From assembly GCA_020632155.1 (NCBI GenBank), contig JACKGE010000001.1:92011-156010 (forward strand): a stretch of 64,000 nt of DNA. Direction: 5' to 3'. The position numbers were made by a program, and so were the translations under genes. The notes under the pieces were generated by a model. That model saw nothing but the letters and a program-made list of their open reading frames with translations, ran no database searches and was not told the origin of the DNA. Position 1 is the stretch's first letter; each line of letters starts with the position of its first letter. Source of the stretch: Candidatus Nomurabacteria bacterium. Its GTDB lineage: Bacteria > Patescibacteriota > Minisyncoccia > Phycocordibacterales > UBA918. Of this stretch, positions 26,539 through 38,172 are shown piece by piece.

Positions 26539-27729
26539 CTAGGCAACAATTTTAGTTACCACACCGGCACCAACAGTCTTACCACCCTCACGGATAGCAA
26601 AGCTCTGCTGTTCCTCAAGTGCTACTGGAGCTACAAGCTTAACCTTAAAGGTCGCAGTATCACCAGGCATAACCATCTCAACACCATCAGCGAGGCTTAC
26701 CTCACCGGTAACGTCAGTGGTACGAATGTAGAACTGTGGCTTGTAACCGGTAAAGAATGGAGTGTGACGACCACCTTCGTCTTTCGCGAGGACGTATACC
26801 TCAGCTTCAAACTCAGTGTGTGGGGTCACGCTGCCAGGAGCAGAAATGACTTGACCACGGTGAACGTCTTCCTTCTTTGTACCACGGAGCAAGATACCAG
26901 CGTTGTCACCAGCCTGAGCTGAATCAAGTGACTTGTTGAACATTTCAACACCGGTAACAGTGGTCTTAGTAGTGTCTTTGATACCAACGATCTCACACTC
27001 ATCACCAACCTTGACTTGACCGCGTTCTACACGACCGGTTACTACCGTACCGCGACCTTCAATTGAGAAGATGTCCTCGATTGGCATCAAGAATGGCTTG
27101 TCGAGTTCACGAACTGGCATTGGGAAGTATGAATCCATCGCATCAACGAGCTCGAGCACCTTAGCACCCCAGTCTCCATTTGGCTCCTCAAGAGCCTTAA
27201 GACCTGAACCCTTGATGATCGGAGCATCAGCACCTTCATAACCATTGGCAGTAAGGAGTTCACGAAGTTCCTCCTCAACCAACATGATCATGTCCTCATC
27301 GTCGACCATGTCGCACTTGTTAAGGAATACGATGATCTTTGGCACACCCACCTGCTTTGCAAGGAGTACGTGCTCACGAGTCTGAGGCATAGCACCATCA
27401 GTAGCTGCTACTACGAGCACAGCGCCGTCCATCTGGGCAGCACCAGTGATCATGTTCTTGATGTAGTCAGCGTGCCCTGGAGCGTCAATATGAGCGTAGT
27501 GACGATTTGGTGTCCAGTACTCTGAGTGAGAAAGAGAAATAGTAATACCTCGCGCCTTCTCTTCTGGCGCTTTGTCGATGTCCTCAACAGCCTTTACGTT
27601 AGCGCCGTAGTCGCCGCCTTTGGCATTGAGAACCTGAAGGATAGCAGCAGTGAGCGTAGTCTTACCATGGTCTACGTGACCAATGGTACCTACGTTCATG
27701 TGCGGCTTTGAACGATCAAAATCTGACAT
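26539..27729 (-). CDS. tuf: elongation factor Tu
   Basis: [30 protein letters not shown]...; start at internal Met of ORF 26539..27762. Confidence 0.95.
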   Translation of the reverse strand: MSDFDRSKPHMNVGTIGHVDHGKTTLTAAILQVLNAKGGDYGANVKAVEDIDKAPEEKARGITISLSHSEYWTPNRHYAHIDAPGHADYIKNMITGAAQMDGAVLVVAATDGAMPQTREHVLLAKQVGVPKIIVFLNKCDMVDDEDMIMLVEEELRELLTANGYEGADAPIIKGSGLKALEEPNGDWGAKVLELVDAMDSYFPMPVRELDKPFLMPIEDIFSIEGRGTVVTGRVERGQVKVGDECEIVGIKDTTKTTVTGVEMFNKSLDSAQAGDNAGILLRGTKKEDVHRGQVISAPGSVTPHTEFEAEVYVLAKDEGGRHTPFFTGYKPQFYIRTTDVTGEVSLADGVEMVMPGDTATFKVKLVAPVALEEQQSFAIREGGKTVGAGVVTKIVA

Positions 27730-28030
27730 AAACTTTAAGTTAATGTAAGTAATAATCCGCACACAGCTGCTTTTTTAATGCATAAAAAAGCCGTGCACGT
27801 GCACTCAGGGAGAGTGGCGCGAGAACGACACACTCTCTTTGGGCACACATACGTGTGAAAGAGCATTGATATTTACTCCCACACAGCAAAATAGCTGTTA
27901 GCGGTGGCGGTATGGTACATGAGCCGCCTTAAGATTGCAAGTGTGTTTCGTACGCCGCTTGTTGTTTGACAGCTTCCGTTTCTCTGGTACTTTAAATCAC
28001 AATTTGGCACCAAACTTAAGGAGGTTAGCC

Positions 28031-28627
28031 ATGTTCTTCAGATTGCTTCAGGCAGTTTTGTCTGCTCTTCTGTTCAGCACTGCTGCAAGCTATGCTGCGC
28101 AAAAGCAGTTGGCTATCGGCGGGCCCACGTCGCAGCCAATTGGTCACTATGGATTCTGTCAGCGCCTGCCGGCAGAGTGCCGGTCGAATGCGAAAGATTA
28201 CAGGCTGGTCTTGACGCGGGGAATGCTGCTACAAATAAGCGGAATCAACCGGCGCGTAAACGAGTCAGTCCGTCCTCGCAACGACATCGATGTCTACGGA
28301 CGCGATGAGTGGTGGGCTTTGCCGAGCGATGTCGGTGACTGCGAGGACTACGCGCTGCTCAAGCGGCAACTATTGCACCAAGCCGGCATACCGCTATCTA
28401 GCCTTCTAATTGGCGTAGTGCGACAGAAAAATGGCGATGGTCACGCAGTGCTGGTCGTTCGAACAACCAGAGGCAACTTGGTCCTCGATAACCTGACGGA
28501 CAAAATTCGCCCATGGGATGAGGTTCCTTACCGTTGGCTCAAGGTCCAAGCGCCAGAACACAGCGGCAAGTGGCGCACCGTGAATCTCGTTGATCTTGAC
28601 CCAGCCACCGCCTCACTGTCGGAGTAA
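28031..28627 (+). CDS. secreted transglutaminase-like cysteine protease (BTLCP/LapG-like, COG3672)
   Basis: AAGGAGG SD; signal peptide MFFRLLQAVLSALLFSTAASYA; YGRDEWWALPSDVGDCEDYALLKRQLL...DGHAVLVVRTTRGNLVLDN matches the BTLCP Cys-His-Asp core; higher GC than flanks. Confidence 0.7.
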   Translation: MFFRLLQAVLSALLFSTAASYAAQKQLAIGGPTSQPIGHYGFCQRLPAECRSNAKDYRLVLTRGMLLQISGINRRVNESVRPRNDIDVYGRDEWWALPSDVGDCEDYALLKRQLLHQAGIPLSSLLIGVVRQKNGDGHAVLVVRTTRGNLVLDNLTDKIRPWDEVPYRWLKVQAPEHSGKWRTVNLVDLDPATASLSE

Positions 28628-28742
28628 TCAGACGCGGAGGCTCTGAACCATCAGGTTCGGGGCCTTATTAATTCACACGTCTCTACAGTTATCGCTAGCA
28701 AAAAACGGTATCCTATAGACAGAAGCAACGAGGGGAGACCTA

Positions 28743-29150
28743 ATGCTCAGTTTCGACGCCTTGGAACGAGCATTTGAATCTGCTCGTGTTCAATCAAATA
28801 AATACAATGGCCGCACAGCCAACGAAAAGGGGCAACGCGCCGAAGTGCGCTGCCTCAATGCAGTCAAGGAAGTCATCGCTGACTGCCCGTGGGCGTACAG
28901 TGCCCGTCTTGCCAGTCAAAAGGAGGACTCATCCGGCATCGACATCGTGATTGACTCCGTTCTTGGGAAGCTCTATCTTCAAGTAAAGAGTTCCCGGTAC
29001 GGCGCATTTCGATACCGGCGTAAGCGGCGGCGAGCTGAAGCTCTGATAATCATCGTCTTTGAGAATATGCACGATGAAAAGCTCAAGCGAAAGGTGCACA
29101 ATGCCCTATATGTCTTACGCAGACGAGTTCTACAACTGCGGCACAACTAG
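28743..29150 (+). CDS. hypothetical protein (135 aa), possible PD-(D/E)xK-like motif (GIDIVID...LQVK)
   Basis: complete ORF in same higher-GC islet. Confidence 0.45.
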   Translation: MLSFDALERAFESARVQSNKYNGRTANEKGQRAEVRCLNAVKEVIADCPWAYSARLASQKEDSSGIDIVIDSVLGKLYLQVKSSRYGAFRYRRKRRRAEALIIIVFENMHDEKLKRKVHNALYVLRRRVLQLRHN

Positions 29151-29152
29151 CA

Positions 29153-29177
29153 AACCGGCGCTCCCGCGCCGGTTTTG
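29153..29177 (+). terminator. hairpin terminator AACCGGCGC-TCCC-GCGCCGGTTTTG
   Basis: 9-bp GC stem + T-run. Confidence 0.6.
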
Positions 29178-29356
29178 TGATTACTGTTCGATATCTTCAT
29201 CGAACATTCCAAGACAGACAAAGTGTGCTCCCTCACGAAACAGTCCTCGGCGCTGGTGTTTGCTATCGTGAGTTTCCCTGCTCCAGCGGCGCACCAACGC
29301 CTGAAGCGAGATGAGGTCCGTTCTGTATCCATTAACAATGTGCCACGGAATTATGT

Positions 29357-29400
29357 AAAACGCAAAACTACATTACAAGTGTAATGTAGTTTTGCGTTTT
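29357..29400. terminator. perfect 20-bp hairpin AAAACGCAAAACTACATTAC-AAGT-GTAATGTAGTTTTGCGTTTT (bidirectional)
   Basis: perfect palindrome with A4/T4 flanks. Confidence 0.55.
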
Positions 29401-29464
29401 ACTACTTAAGTCCGACTTAGTAGCTTATTCCGCCTTCTTCTTACAGAAGCTGTTCAGGTTGTAT

Positions 29465-29500
29465 GACAGAACCCTGCAAGCAAGCTTGCAGGGTTCTGTC
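29465..29500 (-). terminator. perfect 16-bp hairpin GACAGAACCCTGCAAG-CAAG-CTTGCAGGGTTCTGTC downstream of fusA
   Basis: perfect palindrome 24 nt after fusA stop. Confidence 0.55.
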
Positions 29501-29523
29501 GACAACCTCTTGCAGAATGACAC

Positions 29524-31683
<2,160 letters not shown>

Positions 31684-31825
31684 AAATAATATTTGGTTGC
31701 TTAGTTGCTTAGTAACGTGTGTCAGTTGATAAACCCTCCCTATTTGTGCACTTGGGTCGGCACCTTCGGCGCCGACCCACTCCCGCGCAAACGAAATAGA
31801 AATAGCCCGAAGGCTAGACGGCAGT

Positions 31826-31854
31826 ACTATACGGTATATATGCACGATTAGCAA
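31826..31854 (-). promoter_or_regulatory. putative fusA-specific promoter TTGCTA-17-TATAGT followed by about 140-nt structured leader
   Basis: sequence-only; leader contains UUCG-loop hairpin and 8-bp GC hairpin. Confidence 0.45.
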
Positions 31855-31933
31855 CCGTAAATGAATCTTTTTAACCCCGTTCTAAGAAACATACGTCAGC
31901 TTAACACGTACTAGTTGACATCCTAATTAAAGT

Positions 31934-32557
31934 ATGGTAATACACTGCCACTTACAAATTATGAGAACATCGCTTATGCATTACGTCGAGGCCTATATCT
32001 CCCTCCTTATGGAGGTTGTAGATGATATCGTGGCTGCTTTTGAGTCTGAGACCACCCGCGGTTTTATGATTGCAGCTCTGGTACTTATACCAATCTTTGG
32101 TTCGATGTTCTTTTTTGCGGTTCTCGTTAATGCAGCAGAGTATCTGGCTCCAGCGCCAACGGTCAATATTGAAGCGGCGCAACGCACTGACAATACTATC
32201 GATATACTCCTTAGTGATAATACTGGGCCAATAAACGCTGCTGAGGTAGAGCTCCAGTTTGATCCCTCATATATATATGTATCTGACCTCACTATTGCTC
32301 CGGAGCTATGTGAAGAACGTTTTGTCATCACCAAGGTCATCGATAACGAGATAGGACGTATCTTCTACCAGTGCGGCACTGTCACTCCTTTTACCGGCAC
32401 AAGTACGGTACTAGCTACCCTAGAGGTAACACCACTTGCACTTGGCACCTCTACGCTCTCATTTGCTACCAGTAGCACTAACATACTCGCCCACGACGGT
32501 TACGGCAGTAATGTTACCAAACAGCGGCTAGATGGCTTGTACGCATTCGGCAGCTAA
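31934..32557 (+). CDS. membrane-anchored protein with cohesin-like beta-sandwich domain
   Basis: TM segment MIAALVLIPIFGSMFFFAVLV then ...VELQFDPSYIYVSDLTIAP...TVLATLEVTPLALGTSTLSF... ; start uncertain. Confidence 0.4.
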   Translation: MVIHCHLQIMRTSLMHYVEAYISLLMEVVDDIVAAFESETTRGFMIAALVLIPIFGSMFFFAVLVNAAEYLAPAPTVNIEAAQRTDNTIDILLSDNTGPINAAEVELQFDPSYIYVSDLTIAPELCEERFVITKVIDNEIGRIFYQCGTVTPFTGTSTVLATLEVTPLALGTSTLSFATSSTNILAHDGYGSNVTKQRLDGLYAFGS

Positions 32558-32614
32558 TTTCTGAAAGAATGCGGTATGATACGCGTATGGACCTCTAACC
32601 ATACGCGTTTTCAT

Positions 32615-34672
32615 ATGAACAAAGATTTTGATGTAGTTGTCATTGGTGCCGGCTCCGGTGGTCTTACCGCCGCGATCGGTTTTGCCAAAGTGGGCAAACG
32701 CGTACTTCTTATTGAACGCGAACATATGGGCGGTGAGTGTACGAACTCCGGCTGCGTACCGAGTAAAGCCCTACTCCATTTTGCCAAAGAGCACTACGCC
32801 GGAAACCCGAAGTACGCCAAGCTGGGTGAGGCACTTCCCTACGTGCGCTCCAAGATAGAAGCTATCCGCGCCGAGGAAAGCGTAGACGAGCTTGAGAAAC
32901 ACGGTATTGCTACCGTTATGGGTGAAGCAAAATTTACTGCTCCTTGTGTCGTTGAGGTAAATGGGACTGCGTATCGTTTCAAAAAGGCCGTTATTGCAAC
33001 TGGTTCATCGCCACGCACAACAGAGATTGCTGGACTCAATACAGAAGATCTTCTCACCAACCAAACTATATTTGGGCTTACGGAATTACCAAAACGACTT
33101 CTTATCATCGGCAGTGGTCCTATTGGCCTAGAGATGGCCAATGCCTTTGCCCTCCTTGGAACTAAGGTCACCATTGCAACCATCGATACTACCCTCGCAC
33201 GCCTCGAAGAACCGGCGGTAGCTAAGTTGCTACAAGAACGTTTCAAGGAACTCGATATCGCCGTCATTTTGCGTGCATTTATCAATGAAGTACGCGGTCG
33301 CGAGGCGGTGATTGATATCAAAGACGGTGAGACGATAATCGGACAGGAAACAGCCGCGTTTGACAAAGTGCTTGTCGCCATTGGACGAGTACCCAATCTC
33401 CCTCAAGGACTCGAAGCGGCTGGTATTCAGTTTAACCAGCACGGTATCGAGGTTGATAGCCAGCACCGCACCAGCAATCGACATGTCTATGCAGTTGGTG
33501 ATGTAGCGCAACGTCTTAAGTTCACTCATACTGCCAACGACGTAGCGCGGCAGGTGGTCACCCACGTAGTAAGTCGCGGACTTCTGCGCTTTGATAGTGA
33601 CAAAGCGGTGCCGAAAGTAACCTACACCGAACCGGAAATGGCTCAGGTTGGACTATCGTACGCAGCAGCAGTGGAAAAATATTCAGAGGCGGAAGTGATG
33701 CGTATTGAGGTACCGTATGAAGATAGCGACCGCGCCAAGACTGACAACAATACAACGGGTGTAGTTATTGTAAGCGTGCGACGCCTTAGTGGTACCGTAC
33801 TCGGAGCTAGTATTGCCGGCCAGCACGCCGGTGAGCTCATTAGTATCTTTACACTGGCTATCGATCAAAAGTTATCACTCTGGCGCCTTCGCCGACTGAT
33901 TTTTGCCTACCCCACCTATGGCCTCCTGATAAAGAAGGCAGCGGATGTATTTTTTGCCGAGCAGCTGAGGAACCTCAAGGCTGATTTTCTCTTCCTGCTT
34001 AAAAAACACGCTCCCAAACTTATCGCTCTTACATTCTGGCTTGCACTCATTTACACCTTCCAGCACTATCGTATTTCACACCACCTTACCTACCGCGACA
34101 TGCTATTGTCGCTCTATGAGTTCTTCACCATGTCGATGTGGGGGCCACTTATCTATATTGTGCTCTACGCCTTGCGACCACTCATCCTCTTTCCAGCCAC
34201 CCTCCTGACCGCGCTTTCCGGTGCACTCTTTGGACTCTGGTGGGGCATTCTCTACACCGTAATTGGAGAAAACATGTCAGCGAACTTAGCCTACAGTATT
34301 GGTCGCTTCTTTGGTAAGGACCTTCGCCTTGAGGACACCTTTATGGGCCATTGGGTTGAGTGGCTACGAGCACGCCCGTTTGAGTCGGTACTATTTATGC
34401 GTCTCTTTTACGTACCATTTGACCTTGCCAACTATGGCTCTGGGGTACTTAAGGTATCGTGGCCTAGTTATGCTCTGGCAACGTTTGTCGGTATCATCCC
34501 CGGACTTACCACCTTTGTGGCGCTTGGCGCTGCCGTTGACGTCATGGAGCTACGGATGGAAGGACTTAGTTTCAACGCCTTTGATCCACGGTATCTGGCA
34601 CTTTCGGTAAGTCTGTTCGTGACCTCGGTGGTACTGTCGCGATATCTAAAACGCTGGAAAGCGACACAATAA
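32615..34672 (+). CDS. fusion: FAD-dependent pyridine nucleotide-disulfide oxidoreductase (mercuric reductase/dihydrolipoamide dehydrogenase-like) + C-terminal DedA/TVP38-TMEM64 membrane domain
   Basis: DVVVIGAGSGG, redox-active GGECTNSGCVPSK, NAD-binding GxGxxG; C-terminal ~230 aa polytopic DedA-like segment. Confidence 0.75.
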   Translation: MNKDFDVVVIGAGSGGLTAAIGFAKVGKRVLLIEREHMGGECTNSGCVPSKALLHFAKEHYAGNPKYAKLGEALPYVRSKIEAIRAEESVDELEKHGIATVMGEAKFTAPCVVEVNGTAYRFKKAVIATGSSPRTTEIAGLNTEDLLTNQTIFGLTELPKRLLIIGSGPIGLEMANAFALLGTKVTIATIDTTLARLEEPAVAKLLQERFKELDIAVILRAFINEVRGREAVIDIKDGETIIGQETAAFDKVLVAIGRVPNLPQGLEAAGIQFNQHGIEVDSQHRTSNRHVYAVGDVAQRLKFTHTANDVARQVVTHVVSRGLLRFDSDKAVPKVTYTEPEMAQVGLSYAAAVEKYSEAEVMRIEVPYEDSDRAKTDNNTTGVVIVSVRRLSGTVLGASIAGQHAGELISIFTLAIDQKLSLWRLRRLIFAYPTYGLLIKKAADVFFAEQLRNLKADFLFLLKKHAPKLIALTFWLALIYTFQHYRISHHLTYRDMLLSLYEFFTMSMWGPLIYIVLYALRPLILFPATLLTALSGALFGLWWGILYTVIGENMSANLAYSIGRFFGKDLRLEDTFMGHWVEWLRARPFESVLFMRLFYVPFDLANYGSGVLKVSWPSYALATFVGIIPGLTTFVALGAAVDVMELRMEGLSFNAFDPRYLALSVSLFVTSVVLSRYLKRWKATQ

Positions 34673-34702
34673 AAAAGTCCGAGCACTGCTCGGACTTTTT
34701 TA
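34671..34702. terminator. bidirectional terminator AAAAAAGTCCGAGC-ACT-GCTCGGACTTTTTT
   Basis: perfect 9-bp stem, A6/T6 flanks. Confidence 0.7.
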
Positions 34703-34913
34703 TAGTAGTGTCAGCCTTATTTCTTTTTAGCGGCCTTCTTCACTGCCTTCTTGGCAACTTTTTTCTTTTTGTCCATGATCGTTTGCATAGCTAGTAATGC
34801 ATGATCACCTGTAGTGTGGGGAAGTTACTCCTTGGCCCAAGGGCGCTTCATGTACCAAAATTATACAAGCAAGTTTCAAACTCCAGATACAAGCAGGTGT
34901 GAATACCACAACC

Positions 34914-35897
34914 CTACTTCAACATATCTGCTTTGGTAGCAGAATCGAATACCCCAGTTTCTGTAAGGTCATTCTCTGTTTGGTATTCACGCAGGGCAGC
35001 GGTAGTAATAGAGCCATAGTACCCAGTGGCACCTGCGGCTTGTAGCTGTGCGTGTGCTGGTCCATCACTACGCAGTAGTAAGTACGTTTGAAGGAGTGAA
35101 ACGGCGGTACCTTGATCACCAACAGTAAGTCCCGTTGGAAGCGCTGTCGGGATGCTGTCAATAAGTTTGTTCAGCGTCTCTAGGAGCTTGGCTTCAGTCA
35201 CCACGCCGGCGTCCTCAAGTGCCTCGGTGAATTCATCCGGCAGATCGTAACCGGCCTGCAGCGCTGCTTTAAAGTCAGCAGGGAAGTTCTCAACGAGGAG
35301 TTCTGTGTACGTATCTTTATCATCAACTCCGTCAAGAATGCCTTCGAGGAAAGATACTTTTTCTTTTAAGGTAAACGTGTCTGTCAAACGAGGATAGGGA
35401 TCAAGCGCCTCTCCATCTCTAATTTCAAAGTGCAAATGGTAGGCAATGCCTTTGGCGTTACCAGTATCTCCAACCGTACCGATGAAGTCGCCTACATCAA
35501 GAACGTCTCCCTCATCCAACTCTTCATTAATGGCATCAAGGTGCATGTAGACAAATTGTTCACCCCCCGGATTGGCAGTGCGGACATAGAGACCGGAACT
35601 TACACCGTCGCCGATTCGCAGTACCACTGCCTCTGTCGGTGAGACAATTGGTGTGCCTTGTGGTGCGACAAGGTCTTGGCCTTCATGTGTACGTGTACCA
35701 TCACCACGTGGATCACCAAAATCTGGTGTCACCGTATCGATATCGACTCCAAATAACACTGGTACAGGAAGGTCCTCAACAATATCATCGTCAAGTCTCT
35801 CGACCTTACTGCTATATGAATTGTAGCTACTGCGGGCTTCAGCCACCGGAACAGCTGTAATGAAGACGAGGCTGGCCAAGAATAAAGCTCTATACAT
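34914..35897 (-). CDS. secreted M23 family metallopeptidase with C-terminal peptidoglycan-binding domain
   Basis: signal peptide; HEGQDLVAPQGTPIV...GDTGNAKGIAYHLHFEIR; PG_binding_1-like C-terminus. Confidence 0.8.
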   Translation of the reverse strand: MYRALFLASLVFITAVPVAEARSSYNSYSSKVERLDDDIVEDLPVPVLFGVDIDTVTPDFGDPRGDGTRTHEGQDLVAPQGTPIVSPTEAVVLRIGDGVSSGLYVRTANPGGEQFVYMHLDAINEELDEGDVLDVGDFIGTVGDTGNAKGIAYHLHFEIRDGEALDPYPRLTDTFTLKEKVSFLEGILDGVDDKDTYTELLVENFPADFKAALQAGYDLPDEFTEALEDAGVVTEAKLLETLNKLIDSIPTALPTGLTVGDQGTAVSLLQTYLLLRSDGPAHAQLQAAGATGYYGSITTAALREYQTENDLTETGVFDSATKADMLK

Positions 35898-35984
35898 AGG
35901 CACAAACAAAATTACATGTATTACTTACTAGTGTTGACGAGTTGGCCTCGCCCTCCTTACCTTTACAATTTATTGTATTGCTAC

Positions 35985-36045
35985 TCTAGTGTAAACGACT
36001 TTTTTCCAAAACTACGGCCGTTTATCTGTAGCTCGAGAATATGCT
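35985..36045 (-). pseudogene. orphan duplicate of the 3' end of the AlkC-like gene (encodes ...HILELQINGRSFGKKSFTLE*)
   Basis: about 85% identical to 36512..36580 (…HVLELQINGRSFGKKIFLLK*). Confidence 0.5.
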
Positions 36046-36134
36046 TCCTATAGTACCTAGCGCTTTTAATAACTTTACTTATAGCCTCAGTAGTGTTGTC
36101 ATGACTCTTAAAACGCTAGGAGGCAGAGTAATAG

Positions 36135-36162
36135 AAAACCTCCGGCTGAAGCAAGAGGTTTT
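36135..36162. terminator. hairpin AAAACCTC-loop-GAGGTTTT
   Basis: 8-bp stem with A/T flanks. Confidence 0.45.
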
Positions 36163-36185
36163 GGGTATAAAAGTCCCGAAATAAA

Positions 36186-36422
36186 CTAACGACCAATCGG
36201 ATCGATGGCTTCTCTTGGAAAATACTCGTTCGGATGGTTCTCAAGCGTGTAACCATAACCAGGGTGCTCACTCAATACTATAGTTTCTTCCCCAGTGGAT
36301 TTAATACGCACCATACGACCAGCCGGAATCGGTAGTGGTTGAATGGGGTTACCCTTACGGTGCCAGCTTATCTGACTTCTTTTATCCAAGGTGCGGCGAT
36401 GCTTTTCACGGATTGACGGCAT
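36186..36422 (-). CDS. hypothetical small protein (78 aa)
   Basis: SD GGGAG upstream of ATG. Confidence 0.5.
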   Translation of the reverse strand: MPSIREKHRRTLDKRSQISWHRKGNPIQPLPIPAGRMVRIKSTGEETIVLSEHPGYGYTLENHPNEYFPREAIDPIGR

Positions 36423-36511
36423 GGTTGCTCTCCCTTTCCTGCTACGAGCGTAGCATAAACGTGATTTGATTGAAATACTAGTTTTTATCTAACCTAAAAA
36501 CCATCACATTT

Positions 36512-37654
36512 TTACTTTAGTAAAAAAATTTTTTTTCCAAAACTGCGACCGTTTATCTGTAGTTCAAGAACATGTTTTCCAGGGTATAGCGTGCGAGTAC
36601 TCATAAGCCTGAGAGTATGATTCTTCTCAAGGTGCACGGATTCATTTGGTCTCAGTACCAACTTGCTGAGTTTATAGGTTTTTGGCGCCAGTTTGCCGCT
36701 AGCCTTATTAAAATGAATGATGTAATCGGCCATGACATTTTGTTCTTTGTGACTGGTCGAAGTGAGTGTAAACGAAAATGGAACTGACTCACCCACCCGA
36801 ATGCTCTTACTCCCAAGCGTAAAAGCAGATACCCTGAGATGACCAGTATCAAACCCAATCAGTCGAAGCGCGTCGCTGTCTCCTGCGCGCACCAAGCTAC
36901 GCAGTGCATGGTTGGTGAGGTACGAGAGCTCCCGCGCACTTTGTCGTTTTTCTTTATTCCATTTGCGTAGGAGCCTAAGGGCCAGTGACTTATCTACCTT
37001 AGTGACATCATTAAGATGATTAGCAACTGAGCGCACCACGTACCGCGTTCGGTCAGCATGTAATCTGTCCAGTATCGGTGCTAGTTTTTTTGGTGGCACG
37101 GTAATTTTCTTTGCCCACGGTAGATTCGGGCGCGTACCTTCACTTGCAAGCCTGCGGACATGATAGTTTGTATCTTTTGACCATTTCTCTACCGCCTCCA
37201 GTGTCTCTTTAGGAAAAGCGTTTAAAAAATCGCGAAGCGCTCCCTCAGCTGAGAAGCGTTTGGTAAGTTCACGCAATGCTGCCAGCGAACGCGCAACATG
37301 TTTTTCGGTACACCCGTAGGTGGCAACAAAGTACGAATACGGGGCGTAAATAAAGTCACCAAAGTCATTATCAGTTTTGCCTTCATCAAGTACTGGTGGC
37401 TGCGCAGCAAGAATAATGGGGAGTGCATCAGAATATGCACTTGGTAAAAACTCTCGCAACCGGTCGCGAATACCCCGAACCCGTTCCATGAGTTCTTGCT
37501 CGGGAAAATCCTTGAGAACTGCCTTTATAAAGGCTTTGGTAGCAAACTCGGGATAGACCGCTTCAATTTCTTTAGCCAACTGTTCTACCTTGCGCCGATT
37601 AAAGAGTTCGTCCTTAAGTGAAAATTGCTTTTCAGTCTGACGGTGTTTTTTCAT
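36512..37654 (-). CDS. DNA alkylation repair protein, AlkC/AlkD-like HEAT-like-repeat glycosylase with C-terminal Ig-like domain
   Basis: 380 aa; HVRRLASEGTRPNLPWAKK helical-repeat region; beta-rich C-terminal about 100 aa. Confidence 0.55.
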   Translation of the reverse strand: MKKHRQTEKQFSLKDELFNRRKVEQLAKEIEAVYPEFATKAFIKAVLKDFPEQELMERVRGIRDRLREFLPSAYSDALPIILAAQPPVLDEGKTDNDFGDFIYAPYSYFVATYGCTEKHVARSLAALRELTKRFSAEGALRDFLNAFPKETLEAVEKWSKDTNYHVRRLASEGTRPNLPWAKKITVPPKKLAPILDRLHADRTRYVVRSVANHLNDVTKVDKSLALRLLRKWNKEKRQSARELSYLTNHALRSLVRAGDSDALRLIGFDTGHLRVSAFTLGSKSIRVGESVPFSFTLTSTSHKEQNVMADYIIHFNKASGKLAPKTYKLSKLVLRPNESVHLEKNHTLRLMSTRTLYPGKHVLELQINGRSFGKKIFLLK

Positions 37655-37754
37655 GCGTGGCTACTATTGTCTAGTGTTCGTGAAATAATGCAAGACCACA
37701 AAAACAAAAACCCTCCGGTCTGACCGGTGGGTTTTGTGTTAGACGCTCCGCTTT

Positions 37755-38171
37755 TTAGCCCCAATTGCCGAGGATATACCCAAACAGCATGAAGATGACA
37801 AACTGGTAGCCAGCCTGAACAACAAAGCGAAGCCAGCGCATTTTGCTCGATTCAGCTGTCCAGATGGCGCTGCCAGCCAAGGTCGGCATGACCATACCGA
37901 GCCAGAGCCAAAACGCCACCTCAACCCCCGATACGATATCCCAACCTTTGATAAAGTGGGCGAGAACGTACAGTTGGAGCAGTAGCACCGCGGCCTGAAG
38001 CAGGTAGTCTTTCCACATGCGCTTTTGCATGGCTTCTTTCTCTGTCTCACTTAGACTATCAGCGCCAATAATCCGCATCCACAAACGACCAAACAGAGCG
38101 CCGTACCAAATGGCTCCTACAACCATCGCCAATACGGCACAAATAATGATAGGAAGGTAATGTATTTCCAT
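37755..38171 (-). CDS. DUF1761-like small membrane protein
   Basis: start at internal Met MEIHYLPIIICAVLAMVVGAIWYG... Confidence 0.5.
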   Translation of the reverse strand: MEIHYLPIIICAVLAMVVGAIWYGALFGRLWMRIIGADSLSETEKEAMQKRMWKDYLLQAAVLLLQLYVLAHFIKGWDIVSGVEVAFWLWLGMVMPTLAGSAIWTAESSKMRWLRFVVQAGYQFVIFMLFGYILGNWG

Positions 38172-38172
38172 A

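Noticed and set aside
34718-34777. 19-aa Lys-rich peptide MDKKKKVAKKAVKKAAKKK on the minus strand
   Set aside because: No SD or promoter; product of an A-rich run adjacent to a terminator; likely spurious.
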